A stretch of 64,000 nucleotides of DNA, from contig CBDCXR010000004.1 in the NCBI GenBank assembly GCA_965223845.1, positions 5,984,001 through 6,048,000 on the forward strand. Direction: 5' to 3'. Below, in pieces: positions 9,282 to 19,300 of the stretch (position 1 is its first letter; each line of letters opens with the position of its first letter). Source of the stretch: Planctomycetota bacterium (lineage in GTDB: Bacteria; Planctomycetota; UBA8108; SXIK01). Made by a program: the position numbers and the translations under genes. Under the pieces are notes generated by a model. That model saw only the letters and a program-made list of their open reading frames with translations. It made no database searches and was not told the origin of the DNA.

Positions 9282-10421
9282 TCAACAAGCCAGCCGCCGC
9301 CTGAGGTACCGCCGCGCCGGCAGCTCGAAGAGATGATACGCCATCGCCGCGAACACGATCGCCGCGAGGACGAAGCCCGCCAGAAGGAGCGACGCCGCCT
9401 CCGTCCCGAGCCCCGTTCCGAACGGCTCGTTGTAGATGCGCCGCCAACCCTGCCACGGCACCCAGTAGACGAGCCAGTGCGTCATATAGAGCGCGTAGGA
9501 GATGTCTCCGAGGTAGGTGAGCGGACGGCAATTGAACCAGCGCATGAGGCGTCCGGAGATGCTCGCTCCCGAAAGCACGAGAAGCCCGGCGAACAGCACC
9601 GAGATGGCGTCGTGCGTGTCGTAGTGAAGCGTGACGAGAAAGCCGAGGAATGCGAAGACGAAGCTCGCCGGCGATCCTGCGAGACGCCGTGCCGCCGGAG
9701 TGAGCCAGAGCTCGTAGAGAACGAGTCCGAAGAGGCACTCCGCGACGCAGCGGATTTGACCGGGGATGCCGCCGTGATCTAGTCCCTTGTCGTAGTTCGC
9801 GTAGACGAAGGAGAGCGACCAGGCGACGACGACGATCACGGCCGCGCGCACGAGCCAGCTCGTTCGGTGGACAAACGAAAAGAGCATCGGCACGACGAGA
9901 TACGTGAGCCACTCCGCTCCGATCGACCACGAAGGCTGATTCCAGTACGCCATGTCCTTCAGCGACTGAAGGAGGAAGAGGTACGGGACGAACCATTCGG
10001 CGGGATAGCGTCCGACGAATCCCTCCGTGCGGAGGAGCTGAAGCGCGAAGAACACCCACATCATCAGAAAATGAAGCGGGTAGATGCGCGCGAGTCGGGC
10101 GAGGAGGAATTTGAAGTAGCCGTAGGCGCCGACGCCGCGAGCGAATCGCTCTCGGTAGACGTGAGCGAGGACGAACCCGCTCAAAACGAAAAAGAAATCG
10201 ACCCAGAGCCAACCGCGAAAGAGGAGCTGTGTCCGCTTGTCGATCGCTTCGCCGACCTGTGGGAGCAGAAGGTATCCCAGGTGGTAGACCGTCACGTACA
10301 CCGCGGCGATCCCCCGTAGTGGGGTGAGCGTCGGGATGAACGTCACCCCCGTCGACGTCCCGGGCGGCGGCTTCACGCCGTCGGCGCTCTCCGACAGCGC
10401 TCGCGATGATCCCTCTCCCAT
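9282..10421 (-). CDS. Acyltransferase-3 (OafA-like) membrane O-acyltransferase
   Basis: LTPLRGIAAVYVTVYH, VDFFFVLSGF, ARLARIYPLH, WNQPSWSIGAEW, LGDISYALYMTH and YHLFELPAR motifs. Confidence 0.9.
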   Translation of the reverse strand: MGEGSSRALSESADGVKPPPGTSTGVTFIPTLTPLRGIAAVYVTVYHLGYLLLPQVGEAIDKRTQLLFRGWLWVDFFFVLSGFVLAHVYRERFARGVGAYGYFKFLLARLARIYPLHFLMMWVFFALQLLRTEGFVGRYPAEWFVPYLFLLQSLKDMAYWNQPSWSIGAEWLTYLVVPMLFSFVHRTSWLVRAAVIVVVAWSLSFVYANYDKGLDHGGIPGQIRCVAECLFGLVLYELWLTPAARRLAGSPASFVFAFLGFLVTLHYDTHDAISVLFAGLLVLSGASISGRLMRWFNCRPLTYLGDISYALYMTHWLVYWVPWQGWRRIYNEPFGTGLGTEAASLLLAGFVLAAIVFAAMAYHLFELPARRYLRRRLAC

Positions 10422-10619
10422 GACTCACGCTCCGGATGCCCGCGACTCCGCGGCGGACGAGACGACGACGTCGCCTCGAGCTCTCCCGCCGCTATCCCTC
10501 CACCCGCTTCGCTGTTCTCGCTTCTCTCTCCACTTCGCCCTTCGACGTGGATCTCCTCTTCGACCTCGCAGGAGAGCTCCAGCCGATATGTGACGCGTCC
10601 ACGAACTCGTCGCGCCGAG

Positions 10620-13600
10620 CTAGACCCGAGCCGCACCCGTCGAGGCCCGGGTCGCCTCCGTTTTGCAATCGGCGCAATCACATTCGCCGTTCTTCTTCGA
10701 GCAGGCCGCAGCGATCACTCGCCTGAGCTGACGCGCGAGCGTCTCGACGACCGGCTCGAGCACCGCGCCGTCGTGATCGCCCGGCCGCGCGGGCAGCTCG
10801 TGGACTTCGAGGTCGGCGATGTACTTCTTCCAGCCGTTGTCTTCATGGACGAAACGCTTCTTGCTGTCGATCCTGCGGCCGTCTCCGAGCTCGCCGGCGA
10901 TGTCGAGCGGAGGACGGAAGAGCGCGACGCGCCCGGAATACGGATCGGGCTCGTACTCGGCCATCGCGCGGAAGGTCGCATCGTAGATCGCCTCCGAACG
11001 GTAGGACGCCGGGTCGGAGCTCGGCTTCGGCTCACGCCGGAGGCGCCACTCGACCCAGCGCTTCCCGGTCTCGAAGATGTGCCGAACGCCGCGCGACTTC
11101 ACGCGGTCGCGGTGGAGCTTCAGACGGTCGCCGAGGCGAAGACGCTCCCCGGTTCGGGGGACGAGCGTGTCGAGGAACACGAGGAGCTCGACCGTCTGAC
11201 CTTCTCGCTGAAGCTGCTGCGCCATCTCGTAAGCGATGATTCCACCGGAGCAGAATCCGCCGAGGATGTACGGTCCTTCCGGCTGTACTTCGCGCACCTC
11301 GCGAAGGTAGTCAGCGGCCATCTCTTCGAACGACTCGTGAGGGTTGTCGTCGCCGAGGAGGCCGCGCGCCTGAATCCCGTAGAACGGCCGTCGCTCGCCC
11401 ACCCGGACCGCGAGCTGACGCAAATTGAGGACGTTTCCGTAGGCGCCGGCGACGACGAAGATCGGTGTGCCCGAGCCTTCACGCGGCGTCGACATCGGAA
11501 CGACGTAGCGTCGGCGCGCCGGCTCCGTGGCCTTTCCCCCGCACGCTTCGTCCGCGCTCTTGAGATCGCGTCGCAACCGCGCAGCGAGGCTCTCGATCGT
11601 CGGCGCGTCGAAGAGCGTCGCGAGCGGGTATTCGAGCCCGAACTCGGAATTGATCATCGTCATCAGCCGAACGGCGACGAGAGAGTGACCCCCGACGCTG
11701 AAGAAGTCATCGCGCACGCTGAACGCGCCGGTGCCGATGCACTCCTCCCAGAACTCGCTCAGGCGAACCTCGAGCTCGTCGCGCGGTGCGACCCACCGTG
11801 AGTCTCCGGTCGGTATCTCGGCGTTGAGGTCGTACATCGAGACGGCCATCCCGCTCGCGGCCGAGCGGCGGAAGCTGTGCTGGAGAGTGCGCAGGAGGCT
11901 AGCGGCAAGCTCGTCCGAACACTCGTCCACCGCGGGCGCCTCGATCGCGACCGATTGCGGCCGGGCTGCCGCCCACGCGTCGAGGAACGCGGCCGCCGCC
12001 GCCGAGTCGACCTGCGGTTCGAGCGCGCCGAACGGATCCTCTCGAAGCGACACGACGAAGTCGAGCTCTCCGCTCTCGAAGAGCGACTCGACGACGAGCG
12101 CGCCGTGGATTTGCGCGGTGAACACGGCCTCGACGTCGCGGTCCGTTTTTCCTAGAAGCCTTCCGGGGCGAGTGATCGCGTCGTTGTGGATCACGCCGCG
12201 CACCGCGCGGGACTCCGCGAGAAGTCGCTCGCGGAGAGAGCGCATCTCCGCGACGTCGGAGACCACGCCCGAGATCACCGACACGGTGGATCCGAGCGTC
12301 TCGATGCGCTCGATCGCGGCTTCACGCTCGTCGCTCCACTCATCGCGAGGGGCGACCGGCTCGTGTGAGAGCAAGACCGCGTGCACCGGGGCCGTGCGGG
12401 CGAGCGCTTCGGCGGCGAGGAGACCGGAGGGTGAGAGTCCGTCCGTGATCATGTACGACGCGCCCGCCACGACCGGCACGTCGTCTCGGCGTGCGAGCTC
12501 ATTCGCCGGGAGCGGAACGTAGCGACGGACCCACCGGCGACCGCCACTCAGGGCGACGCTCTCCGCCGTGGGATGGCAGAGCTCGGCGAGGAGCGCGTCG
12601 ACGATGTCTTCGCCCACTTGAGCACCCGAGAGATCGACGCTCGCGAACGCGAAGTTCTCGAGGAGGCGCGGAACGACGCGCGCGACGCCGAGAGCCGTCG
12701 CCTTCTCGGGATGGGTTCGCCGTGCGGACGCCCCTCCGACGTCCGAGTGCATGTCGCTCGAGACGATCAGGGTCTCGAGCGACCGGTCCGGCGAACGCCT
12801 CGCCATCGCCTGCGTGAGCGCGAGGAGGCTGTAAAACCCGTGTTCTTGATTCCGCTGGAAGAAACTCGAGCCCGGCCGGCAGGTCTCCTCGTCCGTCACG
12901 AGCCAGCAGTGAACGACGCGTGACGCTTCGAATCCACGGCGAGCGAGCGAGGCGAGGAGCCGATCGTACTCCTCCCGACCGAGTGAGGGATTGAGCCAGT
13001 ACTCTTCCGGCGAGAGCTCGACGAACGAATCTCCGGCGGAAACCGTCACCACACGGGCTCCTTCCGTACGGAGCGCCGCTGCGAGCTCCGCTCCGATCCC
13101 GGCTTCGTCGGCGAAGACGAGCCAGTCGCCGAGGAGCGAGATCGATCGATCGACGGCGCGTAGTTCCGACTCGACCCACTCGACGCGCTGAACCCACTCG
13201 CGCGGATCCGAACGTCGTGCGGGCGTCGTGGCCGGACGCGCCCTACTCTGCGTCGGCGCGGGCAGTCGCGCGCGGTCGATCTTCCCGTTCGGCGTGAGTG
13301 GGAGTTCCTCGAGCGCGACGAAGTGCTGCGGCACCATGTAGTACGGCAAACGACTGCGAAGAAGCTCTCGGAGCTCGTCGCGCGGCGGCTCGGCATCGTC
13401 CGCCGGAACGTAGTACGCGACGAGACGCTGGTCGCCCTCGCGATCTTCGCGGACCGAGGCCACCGCCGAATGAACTCTCGGGTGCTCGCGGAGAAGTCCT
13501 TCGATCTCGCCGAGCTCGACCCGGAAGCCGCGGATCTTCACCTGGTCGTCGGCGCGGTGGAGCCACTGAAGGAGTCCGTCGCCGTGGAAGCGTGCGATGT

Positions 13601-16325
13601 CGCCCGTTCGGTACATGCGCGCGTTCGGCTCGTTCGCGAACGGGTCCTCGACGAAGCGCGCCGCCGTGAGGTCGGGTTGGCCGTGGTATCCCCGCGCGAC
13701 ACCCGCGCCGCCGATGTAGAGCTCGCCCGGAACGCCGGCCGGAACCGGCTCTCCCGCCTCGTCGAGGATGTAGAGACGGGTGTTCGCGATCGGTCGACCG
13801 GCGACGACGAGAGCGTCACCCGAAGAGAGGCGCTGACACGTCGACCAGACGGTTGTCTCGGTCGGCCCGTAGAGGTTCCACACTTCGTCGGAATGCGCAG
13901 TGAGCTCGTGCGCGAGATCGACAGCCAAGGCCTCCCCTCCGGAGAGGACGCGAAGCGGCGTCGCGGGCCAACCGGCGTCGACGATCATGCGCCAGGTCAC
14001 CGGTGTGGCCTGAAGCGTCGTGATCTCGTGCTGCTCGATCAAGTGGAGGATGGTTCGTCCGTCCATCGCCGAAGCACTGTCGGCGACGACGGAGCGCGCA
14101 CCGACCCAGACGGGAAGGAAGAGCTCGAGCGCCGCGATATCGAACGAAATCGTCGTGAGCGCGAGGAGGCGATCCTCCGGCCCCAAGCCGGGCTCCTCGG
14201 CCATGCTGTCGAGAAAGTTCGCGAGGTTCGCGTGCGTCACCTCGACGCCCTTTGGTTTCCCGGTCGAGCCGGAGGTGTAGATGATGTAGGCGACATCGTC
14301 GCCGTCGATCCGGAGATCGCCCGGGAGGGGAGGATCGTTCGCACCCTCGCTCGGGGCTCGGTCGATGCACAGGGTCTTCGCGGCCGTCGCGGGGAGGGCG
14401 CTCTCGAGCGTCGTGCTCGTGACGACGAGCGTGGCACCCGAGCTCTCGAGGATGGCGCGCTGGCGTTCGGCCGGGTACTGCGGGTCGATCGGCACGTAGG
14501 CCGCGCCCGCCGTGAGGACTCCTAGGAGCGCGGCGGGGAGGTCGATTCCGCGCTCGAGGCAAACTGCGACGATGCCGTGCGGCGCAACTCCACTCGCTGC
14601 GATGCGGCGTGCGATGACGTCGACGCGCTCGCCGAACTCGCGGTAGGTGAACGCTCCGTCGTGCGCCTCGAAGGCGACGGCGTCCGGGGTGGCGGCGATG
14701 CGCTCGCGGATGCGGGCGGGAACGGACACCTCCGGAATCTCGCGCGCGGTTTCATTCCAGGCGACGACGACTTCGTGTCGTTCCGCGTCGGAGAGTCGCA
14801 GCGCATCGCACAGCGGTCGGTCGGGCGCTTCGACGAGCGCCTCGAGAACGTCGCGGAACTGCGCGAGGAGCCGCCGCGCGGTTACGGGACTGAAGAGATC
14901 CGTGCTGTAGTCGAGCGCGAGGGTCCAGTCGTCGACCTGCGCCTTGATGACGAAGTGGAGATCTGTCTGGGAGGACCCCATCGGCACGTTGAACTGAGTG
15001 AGCTCGACCGGCCCGAACGAGCGGGGCCGCGCCGACGCGTCCTGGTAGAGGAACATCACCTGAAAGAGCGGGTTCCGGCTCCGGTCGCGCGCGACGCTCA
15101 GCTCCTCGACGAGCTGCTCGAAGGGAAGCGACTGGTGTGTAAACGCGTCGAGCGAGTTTTCGCGGACGACTCGGACGAGCTCGCGAAAGCTCATGTCTGC
15201 GCGCAGCTCGCTCCGGGTGACGAGCATGTTGACGAAGTATCCGATGAGCGGCTCGATCTCCGGTCGGGTGGTGTTCTCGATCGGACAGCCGACCGCCAGG
15301 TCGGTCTGACCCGTCAGCCGGTGCATGAACGCCTTCACCGCGGCGAGGACGGTCATGTAGAGAGTCGCCTTCTCCGAGCGGCCGAGCTCGATCAACTTCG
15401 CGACGAGGGCATCCGGAATCGGAAGCAGCTCGGAGGTTCCGCGGTAGCTGATCGCCGCGGGACGCGGCAAGTCGGTCGGCAGCTCGAGAAACGGGACGCC
15501 GTCGCCGAGCTTCTCGCGCCAGAAATCGATATCGGCGCGCAGTGCATCGTCGCGAAGCAGGTCGCGCTCCCACGCAGCGAAGTCGGCGTACTGAACCTCG
15601 AGTGCCGGGAGCTCGGCGTCTCGATCGGCGATGTCGGCTTCGTAGAGTTGCGCGAGCTCCGCGAGCGCGATGTCGAACGACCACGCGTCCCAGACGATGT
15701 GATGCGGGAGGATGAGGATCGCGTGCTCTTCGTCGTCGAGTTGATAGAGAACGAAGCGCACGAGGCGATCGCTCGCGAGATCGAACGGTTGATGCACCTC
15801 GGCTTGGATTCGCTCGGCGAGCTCGCGCTCGCGCTCTTCCCGCGTACCCGTGCGCAAATCGTAGAGCGGTACGTCGACGTCGACCTCGTCGTGGATGACG
15901 AGCACCGGCTCACCGTTCTGCGTGAGGAAGTTCGTTCGCAGCGTCTCGTGGCGAGCGAAGATCGCAGCGATCGCGCGGCGGAGCGCCTCGACATCGAGCG
16001 GGCCGCGGAGGTGCCAGCCCCCGGGGATGTTGTGCAGCGGGCAACCCGGTTGCAGCTGCTCGAGGAACCACGCTCGTTGCTGCGAGAACGAAAGCGGAAG
16101 CGGACCGCTCCGTTCGCGGCGCGCGATCGGCGGAAGCGATTGCGATGCTTCCTCGGTCTCGGTCCGCTTGAAGAACGCGAGGAACTCGTCGCGACGCTCA
16201 CGAATCCTCGCGATGAGCTGCGGGTCCGCGGAGCCCCGTGGCGCATTGCAGATCAGTCGACCGGATTCGACGCGGAGCTCGATCCCGGCCTCTCTGAGCT
16301 CAGAGAGAAACTCGTAGATTCTCAA
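10620..16325 (-). CDS. NRPS: TubC-type N-terminal docking - C - A (Gly-like code) - degenerate KR - T - thioesterase (Cys nucleophile)
   Basis: Docking MRIYEFLSELREAGIELRVESGRL; C HHIVWDAWS; A YTSGSTGKPKG, NLYGPTE, YRTGD, PNGKIDR; KR-like region with ITDGLSPSG; T FFSVGGHSL; TE GGFCSGG...GDH. Confidence 0.9.
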   Translation of the reverse strand: MRIYEFLSELREAGIELRVESGRLICNAPRGSADPQLIARIRERRDEFLAFFKRTETEEASQSLPPIARRERSGPLPLSFSQQRAWFLEQLQPGCPLHNIPGGWHLRGPLDVEALRRAIAAIFARHETLRTNFLTQNGEPVLVIHDEVDVDVPLYDLRTGTREERERELAERIQAEVHQPFDLASDRLVRFVLYQLDDEEHAILILPHHIVWDAWSFDIALAELAQLYEADIADRDAELPALEVQYADFAAWERDLLRDDALRADIDFWREKLGDGVPFLELPTDLPRPAAISYRGTSELLPIPDALVAKLIELGRSEKATLYMTVLAAVKAFMHRLTGQTDLAVGCPIENTTRPEIEPLIGYFVNMLVTRSELRADMSFRELVRVVRENSLDAFTHQSLPFEQLVEELSVARDRSRNPLFQVMFLYQDASARPRSFGPVELTQFNVPMGSSQTDLHFVIKAQVDDWTLALDYSTDLFSPVTARRLLAQFRDVLEALVEAPDRPLCDALRLSDAERHEVVVAWNETAREIPEVSVPARIRERIAATPDAVAFEAHDGAFTYREFGERVDVIARRIAASGVAPHGIVAVCLERGIDLPAALLGVLTAGAAYVPIDPQYPAERQRAILESSGATLVVTSTTLESALPATAAKTLCIDRAPSEGANDPPLPGDLRIDGDDVAYIIYTSGSTGKPKGVEVTHANLANFLDSMAEEPGLGPEDRLLALTTISFDIAALELFLPVWVGARSVVADSASAMDGRTILHLIEQHEITTLQATPVTWRMIVDAGWPATPLRVLSGGEALAVDLAHELTAHSDEVWNLYGPTETTVWSTCQRLSSGDALVVAGRPIANTRLYILDEAGEPVPAGVPGELYIGGAGVARGYHGQPDLTAARFVEDPFANEPNARMYRTGDIARFHGDGLLQWLHRADDQVKIRGFRVELGEIEGLLREHPRVHSAVASVREDREGDQRLVAYYVPADDAEPPRDELRELLRSRLPYYMVPQHFVALEELPLTPNGKIDRARLPAPTQSRARPATTPARRSDPREWVQRVEWVESELRAVDRSISLLGDWLVFADEAGIGAELAAALRTEGARVVTVSAGDSFVELSPEEYWLNPSLGREEYDRLLASLARRGFEASRVVHCWLVTDEETCRPGSSFFQRNQEHGFYSLLALTQAMARRSPDRSLETLIVSSDMHSDVGGASARRTHPEKATALGVARVVPRLLENFAFASVDLSGAQVGEDIVDALLAELCHPTAESVALSGGRRWVRRYVPLPANELARRDDVPVVAGASYMITDGLSPSGLLAAEALARTAPVHAVLLSHEPVAPRDEWSDEREAAIERIETLGSTVSVISGVVSDVAEMRSLRERLLAESRAVRGVIHNDAITRPGRLLGKTDRDVEAVFTAQIHGALVVESLFESGELDFVVSLREDPFGALEPQVDSAAAAAFLDAWAAARPQSVAIEAPAVDECSDELAASLLRTLQHSFRRSAASGMAVSMYDLNAEIPTGDSRWVAPRDELEVRLSEFWEECIGTGAFSVRDDFFSVGGHSLVAVRLMTMINSEFGLEYPLATLFDAPTIESLAARLRRDLKSADEACGGKATEPARRRYVVPMSTPREGSGTPIFVVAGAYGNVLNLRQLAVRVGERRPFYGIQARGLLGDDNPHESFEEMAADYLREVREVQPEGPYILGGFCSGGIIAYEMAQQLQREGQTVELLVFLDTLVPRTGERLRLGDRLKLHRDRVKSRGVRHIFETGKRWVEWRLRREPKPSSDPASYRSEAIYDATFRAMAEYEPDPYSGRVALFRPPLDIAGELGDGRRIDSKKRFVHEDNGWKKYIADLEVHELPARPGDHDGAVLEPVVETLARQLRRVIAAACSKKNGECDCADCKTEATRASTGAARV

Positions 16326-19300
16326 ATCTCGATGTCCTCACGCCCGTCGTCCGCGGTTCCACCCGCGGACGCGCCCACGTACCGCTGCGCCTCGATGTAT
16401 TCGGCCAGCCCACGAATCGTCGGATCGACGAAAAACCCTCGCAGTTGCAGATCGACGTGAAACTCTTCGCGCGCCTTGGCGAGCATTCGCGCCGCGACGA
16501 GTGAGTGTCCGCCGAGGTCGAAGAAGTCCGCCCGCACGCTCACGCGCTCGAGGCGCAGTGTTTCGCTCCAGAGCTGCGCGAGATACGACTCGACCTCGCC
16601 CGCCGCCGGCGCGTACGTCTCGACGATGATCGAGGCGCCGTCCGGCGGCGGCAGCGCGCGGCGGTCGACCTTCCCGTTCGGCGTGCGCGGCACTTCGTCG
16701 AGCTCGACAAAGTGCTGCGGCACCATGTACTCGGGGAGACGCGCGCGAACGAAGGCTCGCAATTCTCCGAGATCGAGCGAATCGTGCTCCCAGCGAACGT
16801 AGGCGACCAGGCGGTGGTCGCCGGACTCGCCCTCCCACACCGAGGCGACCGCCTCGGCGACGCCTCCGAACGCGGCGAGCGCGCTCTCGACTTCACCGAG
16901 CTCGATGCGGAAGCCTCGGACCTTGACCTGGTCGTCGACGCGGCGGAGGCACTCGATCGCTCCGCTCGACGTGACGCGCGCGAGGTCGCCGGTCCGGTAG
17001 AGTCGATCTCCGTCGCGGAAGGGATGCTCGACGAACTTCTCCGAGGTGAGCTCGTCGCGACCGAGGTAACCGCGTGCGAGGCCGGTGCCGCCGATGTAGA
17101 GCTCGCCGACCGCGCCGACGGGAAGGAGCTCCCTCGCATCGTCGAGGACGAAGAGCTCGGTGTTCGCGATCGGTCGACCGACGAGAACTCGGTCGTCGGA
17201 AGGATGGACGCGATGACAGGAAGACCAGACCGTGGTCTCCGTCGGCCCATACATATTCCACACCTCCTCCGAACGCTCGCCAAACTGCCGCGCGAGGTCC
17301 TCGGGGAGACGTTCACCGCCGCAGAGAACCTTGAGGGGGACTTCTCGTGTCCACCCCGCTTCGATGAGAAGTCGCCAGGTGACTGGCGTCGCTTGGAGGA
17401 CCGTCGCGCCCGTCGTGCGAATGAGCCGCAGCAGCTCGGCGCCGTCGGCGGCCGTTTCGCTCGGCACTAGAATACACTTCGCTCCAACGAAGAGCGGAAG
17501 GAAAAGCTCGAGCGCGGCGATGTCGAACGAGATCGTCGTGACCGCCGCGAGTCCATCGATCGGACGAAGTCCGGGCTCGCGCGCCATGCTGGCGAGGAAG
17601 TTGACGAGGCTCCGGTGCGTGATCTGAACGCCCTTCGGCTTTCCCGTCGAACCGGACGTATAAATGACGTACGCAAGATGTTCGGGGCCGGTCGTCGGTT
17701 CGAGGTCCGAGGCGTCCGCGTCTCCGATCACGTTCGCTTCGAGATCGAGACAGACGACGCGCGCACTGCCCTTCGGCAGATCCGCCGCGATGCTCGAATG
17801 CGAGAGCACGACGCTCGCCCGCGAATCTTCGAGCATGAACTCGATGCGTGCGGCGGGAAAATCCGGGTCGAGGGGAACGTAAGCCCCGCCGGCCTTGTGA
17901 ATCGCGAGGAGCGCGATGACGAGATCCGGTCCGCGCTCGAGGTGAACGCCGATCAGATCTTCCGCACCGACTCCGATCGAGCGCAGGTAGCGCGCGAGTC
18001 GGTTCGCCTCGGCGTTCAGCTCGCGGTACGTCCAGCTCGACTCTCCGAAGACGACAGCGGTCGCGTTCGGCGTCTTCGTCGCCTGCTCGGCGATCACGCG
18101 CTGGAGGCAGCCGTCGGGGAATTCGGCGGTCGTCCGATTGAGCTCCGTCTCGAGGTGGTCCCGCTGATCGGCGGTGAGGACGGGAAGGCGCCGCACTTCG
18201 GTCTCGGGCGTGCGCACCGCGCTTTCGAGCAAGCACTCGAAGTGGCTGAGCCAGCGGCGGATCGTCGCTTCGTCGTAGAGATCGGTATTGAAATCGAGGT
18301 CGACGGTGAGGCTTCCCTGACCCTCGTTCAGGTTGACGAACATGTCGAAGTGCGCCGCGCCCTTCGGGTTCTCATGAATCGACGCGCTGAGTCCACTGAA
18401 CCCGCTTCCCGGCACGTCGCGGTCGACGTTGAAGATCACCTCGATGAGCGGCAGTCGACTCGGATCGCGTTTGACGGCGATCTCTTCGAGCAGGCGACCG
18501 AACGCGACGTCCTGGTTCTCGTACATGTCGAGCACCTTCGACTGCACTTCGTCGAGGAGGGTCGCAAACGTCGCCCCGCGGGGGAACTTCATGCGAACCG
18601 GCACCAGATTGACGCAGTGCCCGATCATGTTCTGCTCGCCGGCGAGCGCTTGGCCGGCCGTCGGGATGCCGACGACGAGATCGTCCTGGCCGGTGAGCCG
18701 GTGGAGAAGCGCACCGTACGTGGCGAGGAGTGCCGCGAAGAGTGTCACGCCGCGCTCTCCGGCGAAGGCCTTGAACGACTCGTACACGTCTTGATCGAAC
18801 TGATGGTGGATCGATGAACCGCCGTTTGTGCGCACACGAGGCCGGATTCGATCGGTCGGGAGGTCGAGGGGCGGTGGAACGCTCGCGAACTCGTTTTTCC
18901 AGAAGCGAATGATCTCGTCGCCCGCCTCGCTCGCGCGCCGTTCCTCTTCCTCGATCGCATAGCGGAGAAACGAGCCTGCGTCGGGAAGGAGCGCCGGACG
19001 ATTCTCGACCGAGCTCGAGTAGAGGACGCTCACCTCGTCCACGAACACGCCTGCTGACCAGCCGTCGAAGACGATATGGTGGGACGTGCCGATGAGGTGG
19101 TGCGTCGTCGCGTCGAGCTTGACGACGTGGAGCCGGAGGAGCGGCCCCGCCTCGAGATCGAACGGCGTTCGCCCCTCGTGGTCGTAGATCCGGCGGAGCT
19201 CTTCTTTCTTCTTCGAGCGTGAACAGCCGGAGAGATCGGTCCACTCCCACTCGGGTGTCTCGGAAAGAACGAGCCGCTGGGACGGACCATCGCTGCTGAA

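Noticed and set aside
11900-14700. Keto-acid-activating depsipeptide module (cereulide/valinomycin type)
   Set aside because: The A domain keeps the amino-binding Asp and a Gly-like code, and the KR lacks NADPH and catalytic motifs.
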